Positions 11,051 to 23,594 of a stretch of DNA of 64,000 bases are shown in pieces (positions within the stretch are counted from its first letter, which is position 1; every line of letters begins with the position of its first letter). The notes below the pieces were generated by a model that saw only the letters and a program-made list of their open reading frames with translations, was not told where the DNA came from and did not search any database. The stretch comes from Rebecca billardiae RCC1528 (Eukaryota > Protista > Haptophyta), in NCBI GenBank assembly GCA_965240325.2, contig OZ251227.1:620001-684000 (forward strand). The letters run 5' to 3'. A program made the translations under genes and the position numbers.

Positions 11051-13509
11051 TCAGCCGCCGTGCGGCGGGAGCGGTGCCGCTCCTGAGAGGACGTGCCGCA
11101 CCCACGCCTCAGACAGACCCTCGGCATCGATCCCCGCGCCCGCCGCTTCCGGCAGCCGCGCCGCCTCGAGCAGTACCTCCGGCAGCAGCCCCACGCAGTC
11201 GAGCGCCTCGGCCATCGACGCGCACGGCGCCATCTCGGCGTCGAACTCCGCCAGCAGCTCCTGCGGCCACAAGCGCGGCGCAGCGCAGCGAGCGCGGGCG
11301 TCGGCCGCGCGCGATCGCGCGCCCGCGCCGGGCGGCGGCGCGGTGTACCGCGCGCGCGCGCGCGCGTGCGTGCGTGCGCGCACCTCCACCCCGGCGAGCA
11401 GCGCGTCGTGCTCTGAGTGCAGCCGCGCGCTCAGCGCGTGCGCCCACGGCGCGTCCGCGCCGCCCGCGCTCAGCATGTCGGCCGGGTGCGGCGCCTCGCC
11501 CTCGGACCGCGCCTCCGGCGGCGCCTCCGGCGGGTGCAGCAGGCCGTGCAGCCGCTCGAGCAGCCAGAGGTACAGCAGCATCGGCCTGAGGCGCGTGCGC
11601 GCGCGCGTGCGGGGCGCGGGGCGCGGGGGGCGGGGGGCGGGTGTGAGGGGCGCGCGACGGCGGCCGCGGCAGAGGGCTGCGCGCGGGCGGGCAGCGCGCG
11701 CGCGCCGCGCGCTCGGCGCGCGGCGGCGCGCACCGGCACGCGTCAAAGAGCGCGGCGCCGTCGAGCTCGGACGGCGCGGCCGGTGCGTGCGCGCCGGATC
11801 CGTCCGCGCACGCGCCGGCCGCGCCGCCGCCGCCACCGGCCGCCGCGCCGTCGGCGTGTGCCGCGCCGCCGCCGCCGTCCTCGTCCGCGCCGCCGCCGCC
11901 GCCGCCTCCGAGCAAGATCTCTGCGGCGGCCGAGCCGGCGGCGGCGGCGCTCGCGGCGGCCGAGCCGGCGGCCGCGCCGCCCTGCTGCGGCCCGAGCGCG
12001 CACGGCGTGGCGAGCAGCAGCGTGTCCGTGCGCGCGCCCGCGGTCGCGCGCTGCAGCAGCCGGCGCGCGAGCAGCGGCCGCGCGGCGCGCCAGCCCGCGC
12101 GCGGCAGCAGCAGCAGGCAGAGCACACCCATGTAGGGCGCGCCGTCGGCGGGCTCGGCGGCGGCGGCCCACGGCGCGGCGGCGGCGTGTGGCGCGAGGAA
12201 GGCGGCGAGCGCGCGCTCGCACTGCCGCCGCGCGCCCGCGCCCGCCGCGCCGCCCGCCGCGCCGCCCGCCGCGCCGCCGTCCGCGCGCGTGTGCGCGCTG
12301 AAGGCTGCGGCCTGCAGCAGCAGCGGCAGCAGCCGCTCGTTCGACTCGCGCCCGCCGCCGTGGCAGTCCGCGGAGAAGGAGTGGGCGTGCGCGAAGCGGA
12401 GCAGCAGCGTGCGGATGTCGTGGCAGAGCAGCCGCAGCCGCGAGCCGTCCGCGCGGCCGATCGCGTGCAGCCCCGCCCACCAGCGCTCGAGCGCGTCGGC
12501 GTACGCGCCCACCGGCGTGCTCGGCCCGCGCACGGGCAGCAACGAGTTGCACAGCGCCTGCGAGTTGCGCAGCGTCGCGCCCGCCCACTCGGTCTTGGGC
12601 TGGCGCGCGAGGCGGTCGGCGCGCGCCGCGTCGCGGTGGCACGTCGCGTGGATCGCGTTGAGGGGCGAGACCGTCGCGAAGCACGCGGCCGACTCGGCGC
12701 GCGAGAGCGCGAGCGCGCGCGCCGCGCCCGCCGCCGCGCCGCCCGGCTCGGCGGCCGCGGCGGCCGCGGCGGCCGCGGCGCGCGCGCTCGCCGCGCGCGC
12801 GGCGGCGGCGGGCGCGCTGAGCAGCGGCGTGCGCTTGGAGAAGGTGTACACGCACAGCACGTCCTCGGGCCGGCAGCCGAAGCCCTCGTGGCACACGACG
12901 CACCGCAGCCCCACCTCGTCGGGCAGCTCACCCGCCTCGGCCGCGAGGGCCGTCGACGCTGCGAGCAGCGTCGCGCCGCCGCCGGGCGCGCGCGCATCGC
13001 CGTCCGCGCCGCGCAGCCCGAGCTGCTCGAGCATGGCGCGGCGGCGCTCGAGCGCGGCGGCGCGCTTGGCGGTGCGCGTCTGGTGCCGGATCGCGTCGAC
13101 GTCCGCCGCCGCCGCCTCGCGCAGCGCCTCGAGCAGCCCCTCCGCCAGGCAGCCGAGCGCGGACGCGGACGAGGACGACGAGTTCTCGAGCAGGTGCAGC
13201 CGCGGCACGAGCTCGCAGTCGAGCAGCAGCGCCTGCGTGGGCGCGTGCGCGCGCGCGAGGCCGTGCAGCGCGGCGAGGACGAGCGGCAGCGCGCGCGCGC
13301 CCAGCGCGCACGCCCACGCGCCCGCCTCCGCCTCGGTGCGCGCGGGCGGCAGCGTGGCGAGCACGTAGGCGGCGCATGCGGCCGTGGCGCCACACTCAAG
13401 CAGCGCGGCGCGCAGCGCGGACGCGGCGCGGCACCCGTCGGCGCGCGCGCCGCCCAGCGCGTCGACGAGGGCCTGCAGCGCGCGCAGCCCGCCCGCCGCG
13501 CCGCCCGCC

Positions 13510-13543
<34 letters not shown>

Positions 13544-14336
13544 GCGCGCCGCCGTGCGCGTGCGCGCTCGCGCTGCCGTCGTCGTCGAGCTGCGCGAGCG
13601 CGCCCGCGTCGCCCGCGATCGGCGCCCAGTGTGCGCACAGCGCGCTCAGCGCGGCGGGGTCGGCGTCGGCGAGGGCGGGGAGCAGCGCGGCGAGGGCGCG
13701 GGAGACGTCGGCGGACGCGCGCGCCGCGTCGCACTCGAGCAGCTCGAGGCAGCCGCGCACGCGCACGAGCGCCGCGCCCCCGCCCCCGCCGCCCTCGTCG
13801 TCGTCGACGTCAACGTCAACGTCCATCGGAGCGGCGCGCGGTGCACCGCCGCCGGCCGCGCCGTCCTCCGGCGCGGCGGCGGCGTGTTCGAGGAGCGCGC
13901 CGAGCGTCTCGGCGAGCGTCGCGCCCACCGCCTCCCAAGCGCCCAGCGCCGCGCCGCCCGGCGCGCGCTCGGCGCCGAGCACGCCGCGCAGCGCGCCGAG
14001 CAGCGCGTCCACCGCGTGCGCGTCCAGCAGCGCGCGCCGCCCGGCCGCGGTGCGCGCGCAGTGCCGCACGAGCCGCGCGCACGGCGCGGCCCACTCGGCG
14101 GCGGTGGCGAGCGCGCGCGGCTCGCGCAGCGCGCGCACGTGCGAGAGCGCGGTGCCGAGCGCGCCGCACTGCCGCAGCGCCGCGGTGCAGCCGTACTTCT
14201 CCTCGGGGTCCTCCTCCGCGCCCCGGCGCTCGTGCAGGCGGTCGGCGATCGGCTCGGTCGCCTCGCCGTCCAGGCCCTGCAGCCGGTACACGACGACCAT
14301 CGGGCGCGAGTCCGGGGCGGAGGGGGTGCCGGCGGC

Positions 14337-14367
<31 letters not shown>

Positions 14368-16887
14368 CCGCGCGGCGTGCCGTGCTGCGAGCCGCCGTGC
14401 TGCGAGCCGCCGCCGCCACCGCCGCCGCCGCCGTGCGCGCGCAGCGGCGAGGGCGCGGCCGAGCGCGCGCCGCCGCCCGCGCCCTCGAGCGCGGGCGAGC
14501 GCGCGCCGCCCCTGGGCGGCGGCGCGTGCGCCCTGGCCCACACGTGGTCGTACACCGCGTCGATGCTCAGGTCCAGCTTGCAGATCGTGCCCGAGACGAG
14601 CAGCTCCATCCCGTTGTCGTCGTCGATGAGCCCGTCGAGCTCGAGCGCGCGGCACACGTAGTTCTTCACGTCGCGCATGCTGCGCCCGATGTCGTGCGCG
14701 CGGTGCGGCGCCTTGCCCATCGAGCCGCGGATGAACTCGTCCTGCGTCGGCGCCTTCTGCAGGATCAGCTTGAGCTCGCGCGCCGCCGCCCTCGGCTCGA
14801 GCACCTCGCACAGCAGCGAGTAGACAGCGCACAGCGCGCGGCCGCGCAGCGCCGCCGACGCCGACGCGTCCGCGCCGCCGGGCGCGTCGGCGGCGTCGGC
14901 GGCGTGGGCGGCGTCGCCGATCGCGCCCGCCGCGCCCCAGTCGGCGAGCGCGCCCGCGTACGTGCGCAGCAGCTCCTCGCGCGGCGCGTCCGTCACCGCG
15001 TGCGCGGCGCTCACCACGTCGAGCAGCGCGGCCGCGCACTGCGCGCTGAGCGCGCTCCGCGCGCACTGCAGCGCCGCGCACGTCACGTGCGCAGCCACGC
15101 ACGCGCGCACGCAGCCGTCGGCGGCGAGGCGGCGCGCGGCGGCGGCCGAGTCGGAGGCGAGCGCGTGCAGCAGCGACGCCGCCTCGAGCAGCGCGCCGCC
15201 CGCCGACACGTCGACGTGCCACAGCGCCGCGCCGCCGCCGTGCGCGTGCGCGCCGTGCGCGCGCGCCGCGCGCGCCTCGGCCGCGTGCAGCGCGGCCACC
15301 TCGGCGGCGACGGTGGCGGTGAGCGTGCGCGCGAGGCCGCGGTGCACCGCGTACGCGCGGCGCGCGCGGCCGAGCGGCTCGGGCGCGCTGAGCAGCGCGC
15401 GCACCGCGCCGGCCAGCTCGGCGCTCGGCTCGCGCCGCGCGGCCGCCAGCGGGAGCAGCGCGCACAGCGCGTCGAGCACTGCGAGCGCGCGCGCGTCCTC
15501 CGCAGAGCCCGGCGCGGGCTGCGCCGCGTCGAGCGCGAGCGCGGCGGCCTCGGCGCGCAGCGCGGGCGAGGCGCGGCAGAGGAGGAGCTGGCCCAGCCAC
15601 GGCACCGCGCCGGGCCCGCCGGCCGCGCCGCCGCGCGCCGCGCGCGCGCGGCGCAGCCAGCGGCGCGCGAGCGCGCGCGCGAGCGCGTCGGCGCGCGCGC
15701 CGCCGGCGGCGGCGCCGGCGGCGGCGGCGGCGGCGCCGCCGCCCGCCCACGCGCGCACCTCGGCGGCGGGCGCGGCGCCGAACGCCGCCGCGGAGAGCAG
15801 CTCCCACGGCCGCGCGCGCGCCGCCACCGCGGCCGCCGCGCCGCCCGCCCCGCCGCCGGCCGGCGGCGGCGGCGGCGCGGCCCGCGGCGAGAGCGCGTGC
15901 GGCCGGCGCGGCGGCGGCGAGGGCGGCGGCGGCTCGGCGGCGGCGAGCGCGCGCAGCGCGCGCGTGCACGGCAGCACGACGGCGGACCAGAGCGCGGGCG
16001 AGCCCGCGCCCTGCGCCGCGCGGCCCGTCGCCGCGCCGAGCAGCCGCACGAGCGCGGCCGCGCGCTCCGCCCAGTGCCCGTCCGCGTGCGCGCACAGCGC
16101 GCACAGCGCGCCCACGTCCGAGCAGAGGCCCGCGCCCACGCCCTCGTCCGAGCCGCGCGTGCCGTCCAGGGCGCGGAGCGCGCGCTCGAGCAGCGCGGCG
16201 GAGGCGGCGGCAGACGAGTCCGCGTCGTCCGCGCACAGCGCGCACAGCGCGCGCGTCGCCGCCGCGCCGTACGGCCGGCAGCGCGCGTGCGCGCCCGCGC
16301 TCACGAGCCGCGCGCCGACGCGCGCCGCGCGCGCGTCCGCGCGCACCGCGGCGGACGCGGCGCCGAGCTGCTCGAGCGCGCAGAGCGCGAGGCACGCGGC
16401 CGCGGCGGCGCACGCGTGGCACGGCGGCGGCGCGGCGCCGCCGCCCTCGGCGCCCTCGGCCTGCGCCGCGCGCTGCGCGCCGGGCGCGTGCGCCGTGTGC
16501 GTGCGCGCGTGCTGAGCGTGCTGAGCGTGCTGAGCGTGCTGAGCGTGCTGAGCGTGCTGAGCGTGCTGAGCGTGCTCGTAGCGCAGCAGCTCCGCGCGGT
16601 GCGCGCACACGAGCTGCGACGCGCAGCTCACGCCGTCGAAGGCCGCGCGCATCTCGGAGGCGTAGAGCGCGCCGAGCGCGAGCACGCGCGCGGACACGTG
16701 CTGCGCGCCGCCGCCGCCGCCGCCGCCGCCGACCGCCGCGGCGGCGGCGGCTCCGGCCGCGCCGGCCGCGTGCAGCTCGAGCGAGCGGCGCAGCGGCGGC
16801 AGCGAGGCCGCGCCGCCGTCCGCGGCGGCGCGCGCCGCGCTGAGCAGCGCGCTGAGCTCGCCGGCGGCGCCGCCGCCCGCGGCGCGC

Positions 16888-16919
<32 letters not shown>

Positions 16920-17384
16920 GCCGCCACCCCGCTCGTCCGCGCCGCCGCCCGCGCCGCCGCCGAGCGCGGGCGCGCGCGCGGGCGCGCCGCCGTGCGCGTC
17001 TGCGGGCGCGGCGCGGATGGCGCCGACGAGCGCGTCAAGCGGCGCGCGCGCGGCGGCGAGCTTGCCGAGCAGCTCGTGCGCGGCGCCGAGCTCCTTGTCG
17101 ATCGCGCCGAGCGCCGCCGCGCGCTCCTCCTCGCTCCGCACCGGCTCCGCCTCGAGCGACGGCCTCGCCTTGAGCGCGAAGTCGAAGCGCGCGCTCTTGC
17201 AGTAGCCGCACTCGTTGCACAGAAACGCGTCCAGCGTGTCGTAGTTGATGTTGCGGCACTGGCGGCACTGGTACGCGTTGTCGCCGCAGTGCCGGCAGAT
17301 GCCGTGCCGGTCGGTGACGGCGCGCGAGCAGCGCGGGCACTGCAGCTTCTCGCCGCCGCCGCCCGCGCCGCCCGCGCCCGCCGA

Positions 17385-17420
<36 letters not shown>

Positions 17421-18282
17421 GCCGCCGCGCGCGCCCGCGCCGCCCGCGCCGCCGCCGCCGCCCGCCGCCGCCGCACCTCCCGCGGGCTCGAGCGCGTACT
17501 CGAGGCGCAGCGCGGTGGCGACGAGCGGCGGGTCGAGCTCGATGCGCACCTCCGCGCCCGCGCCGCCCAGCCGCACGCTGCGCACCGCCGCCCACGCGCC
17601 CTCGTCCGCCTTGAGCGCGCCCAGCTCCGCGCGCCCGCTGTTGGAGGCGCTCAGCCGCAGCACGCGCCCGCCGAGCGGGCGGCGCGTCTCCGCGACGCGC
17701 ATCGTGATGCACGCGATGGAGAGGCGCTGGCGCAGGCGCACGTACTGCGCGCGGTCCGTGTACCGCGCCTCGGCGCGCACCGCGTCGAGCTTCGTCGAGA
17801 CGAACGGCGCCTCGGCCGCGCGCGCGCACGGCGCGCACGGCGCGCACGCGCCATCGACGGCGTACGCGCCGAGCGCGGCGCACGCGCTCAGCGCGCTGCC
17901 CAGGCTGCCCGAGGCGGCGGGTGCGGCGGGCGCGCCGCCCGCGCCGACGAGCGGCGCGAGCGCCGCGTACAGGTGCGACGCCGGGTGCGCGCACACCGCG
18001 CCGTGCGCGCGCAGCCCGAGCTCGGCGAGCTCGGCGGCGGCGGCGCGCGCGGCGCTGTGCGCGTCCCACGGCCTGGCGGCGGCGACGGCGGCGGCGGCGG
18101 CCGCCGAGCCCGCCGCCGCGGCGCTGCCGGCGGGCGCGGCGGTGCCGAGCGCGCGCAGCAGCAGCGGCAGCAGGCACCCCTCCACGTACTGCGCGCCGCA
18201 CAGCCCGCGGTGCAGCAGCGAGGGCAGCGGCTCGGTCAGCAGCTCGAAGCAGCGCCGCCGTGCGCTGTGCGCAGACGCGCGC

Positions 18283-18366
<84 letters not shown>

Positions 18367-20199
18367 AAGGGCGCGGCGCCCGCCGCGCCCGCCGGCTCGG
18401 AGGGCGCGGCGTCGGCGAGGGTGGCCGCGTCCCACAGCGCGAGCAGCGCGAAGCACGCCGCGTCGCGCAGCGCGCGAGACGGCGCGCCGAGCGCGACCGC
18501 CGCGACGAACTGCCGCACGTCCGGCGCGCGCACAGACGCGCACGCGGCGCGCGCGGCCGCGGAGCGCGCCGCGGCGGCGGCGGCGGCGGCGGCAGTGCCG
18601 GCGGCGGCGGCACCGGCGGCGGCGGCCGCCGGGACGGTGAGCGTCGAGCCGAGCAGCCGCGCGGCGAGCACGCCCAGCTCGGGCGGCAGCAGCGCGCACG
18701 CGCGCAGCAGCAGCGCGAGGGGCGTGCGCGCGGCGCCCGCCGCCTCCGCGCGCGCGCACGCGTGCGCGCGCCACGCGTCGGCGCGCGCGTCGGCGAGCGC
18801 GCGCAGCGCGCGCAGCGTACCGGCCGCGCGCACGCGCGCGCCGTGCTGCAGCGGCAGCGGCAGCGCCCACGGCAGCGCGCCGGCGTGCGGCGCCGCGTCC
18901 GCGTCCGCGCCCAGCGGGCCGTCTCCCAGCACGGTGCGCAGCGCGCGCACGTGCGCCGAGAGCGCCTGCGCGTCGCGCATCGCGCGGTAGGCGCGCGCGG
19001 AGGGCGCGAGCGCGCGCAGCAGCCGGCGCGCCGCGCGCCGCTCCGCCTTCGCCGCCACGCTCGCCGCGGCCGCGCCGCCGCCCGCGCCGCCCGCGCCGTC
19101 GGGCGCGGCGGCGGCGCCGCCGCCGTCCGCGCCGCCGTCCGCCGCGGCCGCGGCCGCGCGCTGCAGCACCGCGCACGCCACGCCCTCCCACGCGGCGCGC
19201 GCGGACGCGGCCGCCGCGCCGCCGGCGCCGCCGCGCGTCTCGTGCAGCGCGCGCGCGGCGCACAGCGTCGCGGTGAGCGCGAGCGTGCGCAGCCTGCCCG
19301 CGTGCGCGCGCGCGGCGCGCGCGCACGCCTCGCCGCCCGCCGCGCCGCCGCCCGCCGCCGCACGCCACTGCGCGAAGGGCGGCTCGTCCTCGCACGCGGC
19401 GTCGGCGGCGGCGTCGGCGGCGCCGCCGTCCGCGCCGCGCGCCGCGCCGCCGCCGCGCGCGTGCTGCCCCGCCGGGCTCGCGAAGAAGGGCTCGAACGAG
19501 CGCTGCACCGACGCGGTGGCGGGCGCGCGCAGCAGCCGCGCGCCGCCGTCCGCGCGCGCGCCGCCGCCGCCGCCGCGCTCGGCGTCGGGCGCGGCGTCGG
19601 CGTGCGGCGGCGCGTCGGGCGCGTCCGCGCACCCGCCGGCGCGCGCGCCCAGCAGCGCGCGCGCCGCCCCCAGCAGCCGGCCGTCCAGCCCCGGCGCCTC
19701 GAGCGCCGCGGCCGCGAGCGCGCCGCCCTCCTCCGGCGCGCGCGCGCCGTGCACGGCGTGGCAGATGCTCAGCAGCAGCAGCGCGTCCGCCTCGACGCCC
19801 AGCCGCGCGCCGAGGCCGCGCGCGCCGGACGCGGCCTCGGCGAGCGGCGCGGGCGCGGCCGCGCCCGCCGCGCCGCCCGCGCCCGCCGCGCCGCCGTCGG
19901 CCGCGCCGCCGTCGGCCGCGCCGCCCATCTCGACATCGGACGCACCGGCGGCGTCGGCGGCGGCGTCGGAGCCGTCGAGGCGAACGGCGCCGGCGAGGGC
20001 GCGCACCGCCGCGCGGCGCTCCGCCGCGTCGAGCGCGTCGGAGCGCAGCAGCTGCAGCAGCAGCGCGAGGGGCGGCAGCGCGCGCGCGCCGCCGAGCGCG
20101 TGCGCGCGCGCGGCCGCGTGCGCGCACAGCGCGCGCGCGAGCGCGCGCGTGGCCGCCGCGCCGTCCGGCGACGCGCCGCCGCCGGCGTGCGGTGGCGGA

Positions 20200-20234
<35 letters not shown>

Positions 20235-20807
20235 AGGCGCGGTGGGTGTGGGGCGGGACGCGTCGAGGTCCATGGCGTCCATGCCGTCCATGCCGTCCGG
20301 CGCCGGGTGTGCGAGCGAGAGCGCGAGCGCCTGCCGCAGCGCCTCGTCCTCCTCGTCCTCCTCCGCCTCCTCCCTGTCCACAGCGCCGCCCTCCACAGCG
20401 CCGCCGTCCACAGCCATGGGCGCGGGCGCGCCCTCGGCACGCGCGGCCGCGGCGGCGGGGTGCGCTGGCGGCGTGGCGGCGCTGAGCCGGGCGAGCAGCG
20501 CGCGCGCGGCGCACTGCGCGCCGAGCGCGCGCACCGCCGGCTCGTGTGCGCACAGCAGCGCGAGCAGCGGCGCGGCGCGCGGCGCGAGAGCGCCCTCGGC
20601 ACACGCGCTGCCGCCGCCGCCGCCAACGCTGGCATCGCACTCGCGCGCGCGCGCCGCTGCCATCAGCAGATCAGCGCACACCAGCTCGCCGAGCGCGGCC
20701 GCGAGCTGCGCGGTGGCCGCGGCGCCCGCCGCGCCGGCCGTTGCGCGCGCGCGCGCGCGCGCGCGCACGTGCGCGCTGAGCGCGGCCGCGAGCTCCGTGG
20801 CGCCGCT

Positions 20808-20851
<44 letters not shown>

Positions 20852-22308
20852 TGGCGCGGAGCGCGCGGCGCGGCGCGTGCGCGAGCGCGGCGGCAAAGTG
20901 CGCGGGGCGGCGGCGCGCGATGGAGAGCGCGGCGCGCACGAGCGGCATGACGCGCGGCGCGCAGTGCGGCTCGGCCGGCAGCGCCGCCACGCGGCGCTCG
21001 GCCTCGCCCGCCGCGTCCGCGTCCGCGTCCGCGTCATCGTCGGCGCCGCCGCCGCCGGCGCCGGCGCCGAGCAGCGCGCACGCACGCCGCAGCGCGAGCT
21101 GGTCCGCCGCTCGCAGCCGCGCGGCCGGGTCGTCGGCGTGCAGCGCGGCGAGCACGGCGCGGAGCGCGCGCGGGTGCGCGGCCAGCGCGCGCGCGAGCGG
21201 CGCGGAGCCCTCCTCCTCCGCGCCCGACCCCGCCGCCGCCCCGCCGCCCGCCGCCGCCGCCACGCTCGCGAGCAGCGCGCGCGCCGCGCCCCCGTGTTTG
21301 CTCAGCGGGCAGAGAACGCCGAGCGCGCGCAGCAAGGAGCCGAGCGCAGCGCCCAGGGGCGGCGCGGCGGCGGCGGTGGCGGCTGCGCCCGCGCCGCCCG
21401 CGCCCGCGCCCGCGCCCTCGGGCTGCGCCTGCGCCTGCGCCTGCGCCGGCTCGGCGAGCGGCGCGTGCGCGTGCGCGTGCGCGTGCGCGGGCTGGGCGCG
21501 CGCGCACGCGCGCGCGAGCGCCCTCGCGCGCGCGTGCCAGCGCAGCTCGGCCTTGGGCCGTGCGTACACCTCGAGCGCGTCGATGACGGGCGGGTGCGCG
21601 CGCGCGTGCGTCGGCCCGAGCTCGATGCGCAGCGTGCGGTGCGCCAGCAGCTGCTCCGCCGCCGTGAGCGGCAGGTCGCACCAGCGGCACTGCCCCTCCG
21701 CCACCGCCACGCAGCGCAAAGGGCCGCTCCCGACAGCCACGCCGATCGAGGCGGGCACGTGCGCGGGCTGCGCGGCGCCGACGAGCACGCGCACGCCGGC
21801 GAGCGCGAGCGCCGGGTTCGCGTTGTGCACGAGCAGCGTGAGCCCGTCGCGCCGCGGCGACACCAGGTGCTCGTCCGACGCGGCGGCGAGCCGCGCGCGC
21901 AGCCCCTCCGCTGAGTGCCCGCCCGAGCCGAGCGCGTCGCCGCCGTACTGCGTCTCGGGCGCGGCGGAGACGCAGAGCGCGGACTCGAAGGCCGTCACCG
22001 GGGGCGGCTGCGCGGGCGGCGGGAGGGGCGGCGCGGGCGCGGGCGTGCACGGCGCGCCGGCGCACAGCTCGCTCGCGTGCAGCGCGCCATCGTCGCCCAG
22101 CGTCCACACGTACTGCCGCCACCGCCCGTCCGACCCCAGCAGGTGGGCGCTCGCGAGGCCCTCGGCGCGCGCGGCGGGCCGGAGCTGCTGCGTGTCCACG
22201 CGCGAGCAGGAGGCGCGCACGGCGAGCGCGCACCCGCCGCGCCGCGCGGTGCACAGCAGCAGCAGCGGCTGCGGCTGCGGCTGCGGCTGCGGCTGCGCGG
22301 GCGGCGGC

Positions 22309-22350
<42 letters not shown>

Positions 22351-22700
22351 GACGAGACGGAGGCGGGCGGCGGCGGCGCGTCGATGGTGCCGCCGAGGCA
22401 GAGCCACGGCGGCGCGGGCGCGTGCCGCGCGCCGCCCGCGCCCGCGCCGCCGCCGCCCGCGCCGCCGCCCGCGCTGCCCGCGCTCAGCCCGCCGGCGGCG
22501 GCAGCGCTCGCGCCCGCGCCGCCGGCCGGCGCGGCGTGTGTCGGCGCGCACAGCTGCGCGACGCGCGCGAGGTCGCACCCGCCCGGCGCGGCGCGCAGCG
22601 CGCAGACGAGCACGCCGCCGTCGGCGAGCGAGACGAGCAGCGCGCGCGACGCGTGCGCCCACTCCACGCCGCACACGCTCGGCGGCGCGCTGTGCGCGCC

Positions 22701-22739
<39 letters not shown>

Positions 22740-23552
22740 GGCGGCGGCGGCGCGCGCGCCCGCGCGCGCCGACGCGGCGGCGGCGCGCGGCGGCGGCGGC
22801 GGCGGCGCGGGCACATGCGGCAGCGGCATGGCGCGCGCGAGCACGCGCGGCGCGCCCCTCTCCGCGCCGCCGCCGCCGCCGCCGCCGCCCACGCTCGCGC
22901 ACAGCAGCGCGCCGTCGCCGCTCACGGCCACGATCGCCAGGCAGCCGCCCGCGCGCTGGTGCGCGCGCTCGCGCGGCGCGCGCACGGCGACGGCGTCGCG
23001 CAGCGGCGCGCCGTCGGGCGCGACGAAGGTGGCGGCGGGGTGCGCGGCCGAGCGGCTCAGGTCGAACACGTGCGCGCCGCCGTGCGCGCACAGCACCAGC
23101 GCGCGCGCCGACGCGCCGGGCAGCCACTGCGCGCGCAGCACGCTCGGCGCGCAGCCCGCGGCGCGCGGCAGTGTGATCGCCAGCGGCGCGGCCTCGAACG
23201 CGCCCGCGTCGCTCACGCGCAGCGCGCACGCCGCGCCGGGCCCCCACGCCAGCAGGTGGCGCGCGTCGCACGGGTTGAACGCCACGCCGCTCGGCGCAAA
23301 GCCCAGCGCCGCGGTGTCGAGGCAGCGGCCGCCGCCGCCGCCGCCGCGCTCGGGCGCGCGCGGCGGCGCGGTGCCGTCGCCAACGTGCGCGTGCGCGTCA
23401 AGCAGTGAGACGCGCTCGGCCTCGGCGAGGGCGAGGAGGCCGCCGTGCGGCGAGGCGGAGAGCAGCGAGCGCGCGGCACACGCGCCCACGCCGCCCGCCG
23501 CCGCCGCGCTCGCGCCGCCGCTCGCGGACGCCGCGCCCGCGCCCGCGCCCGA

Positions 23553-23594
<42 letters not shown>
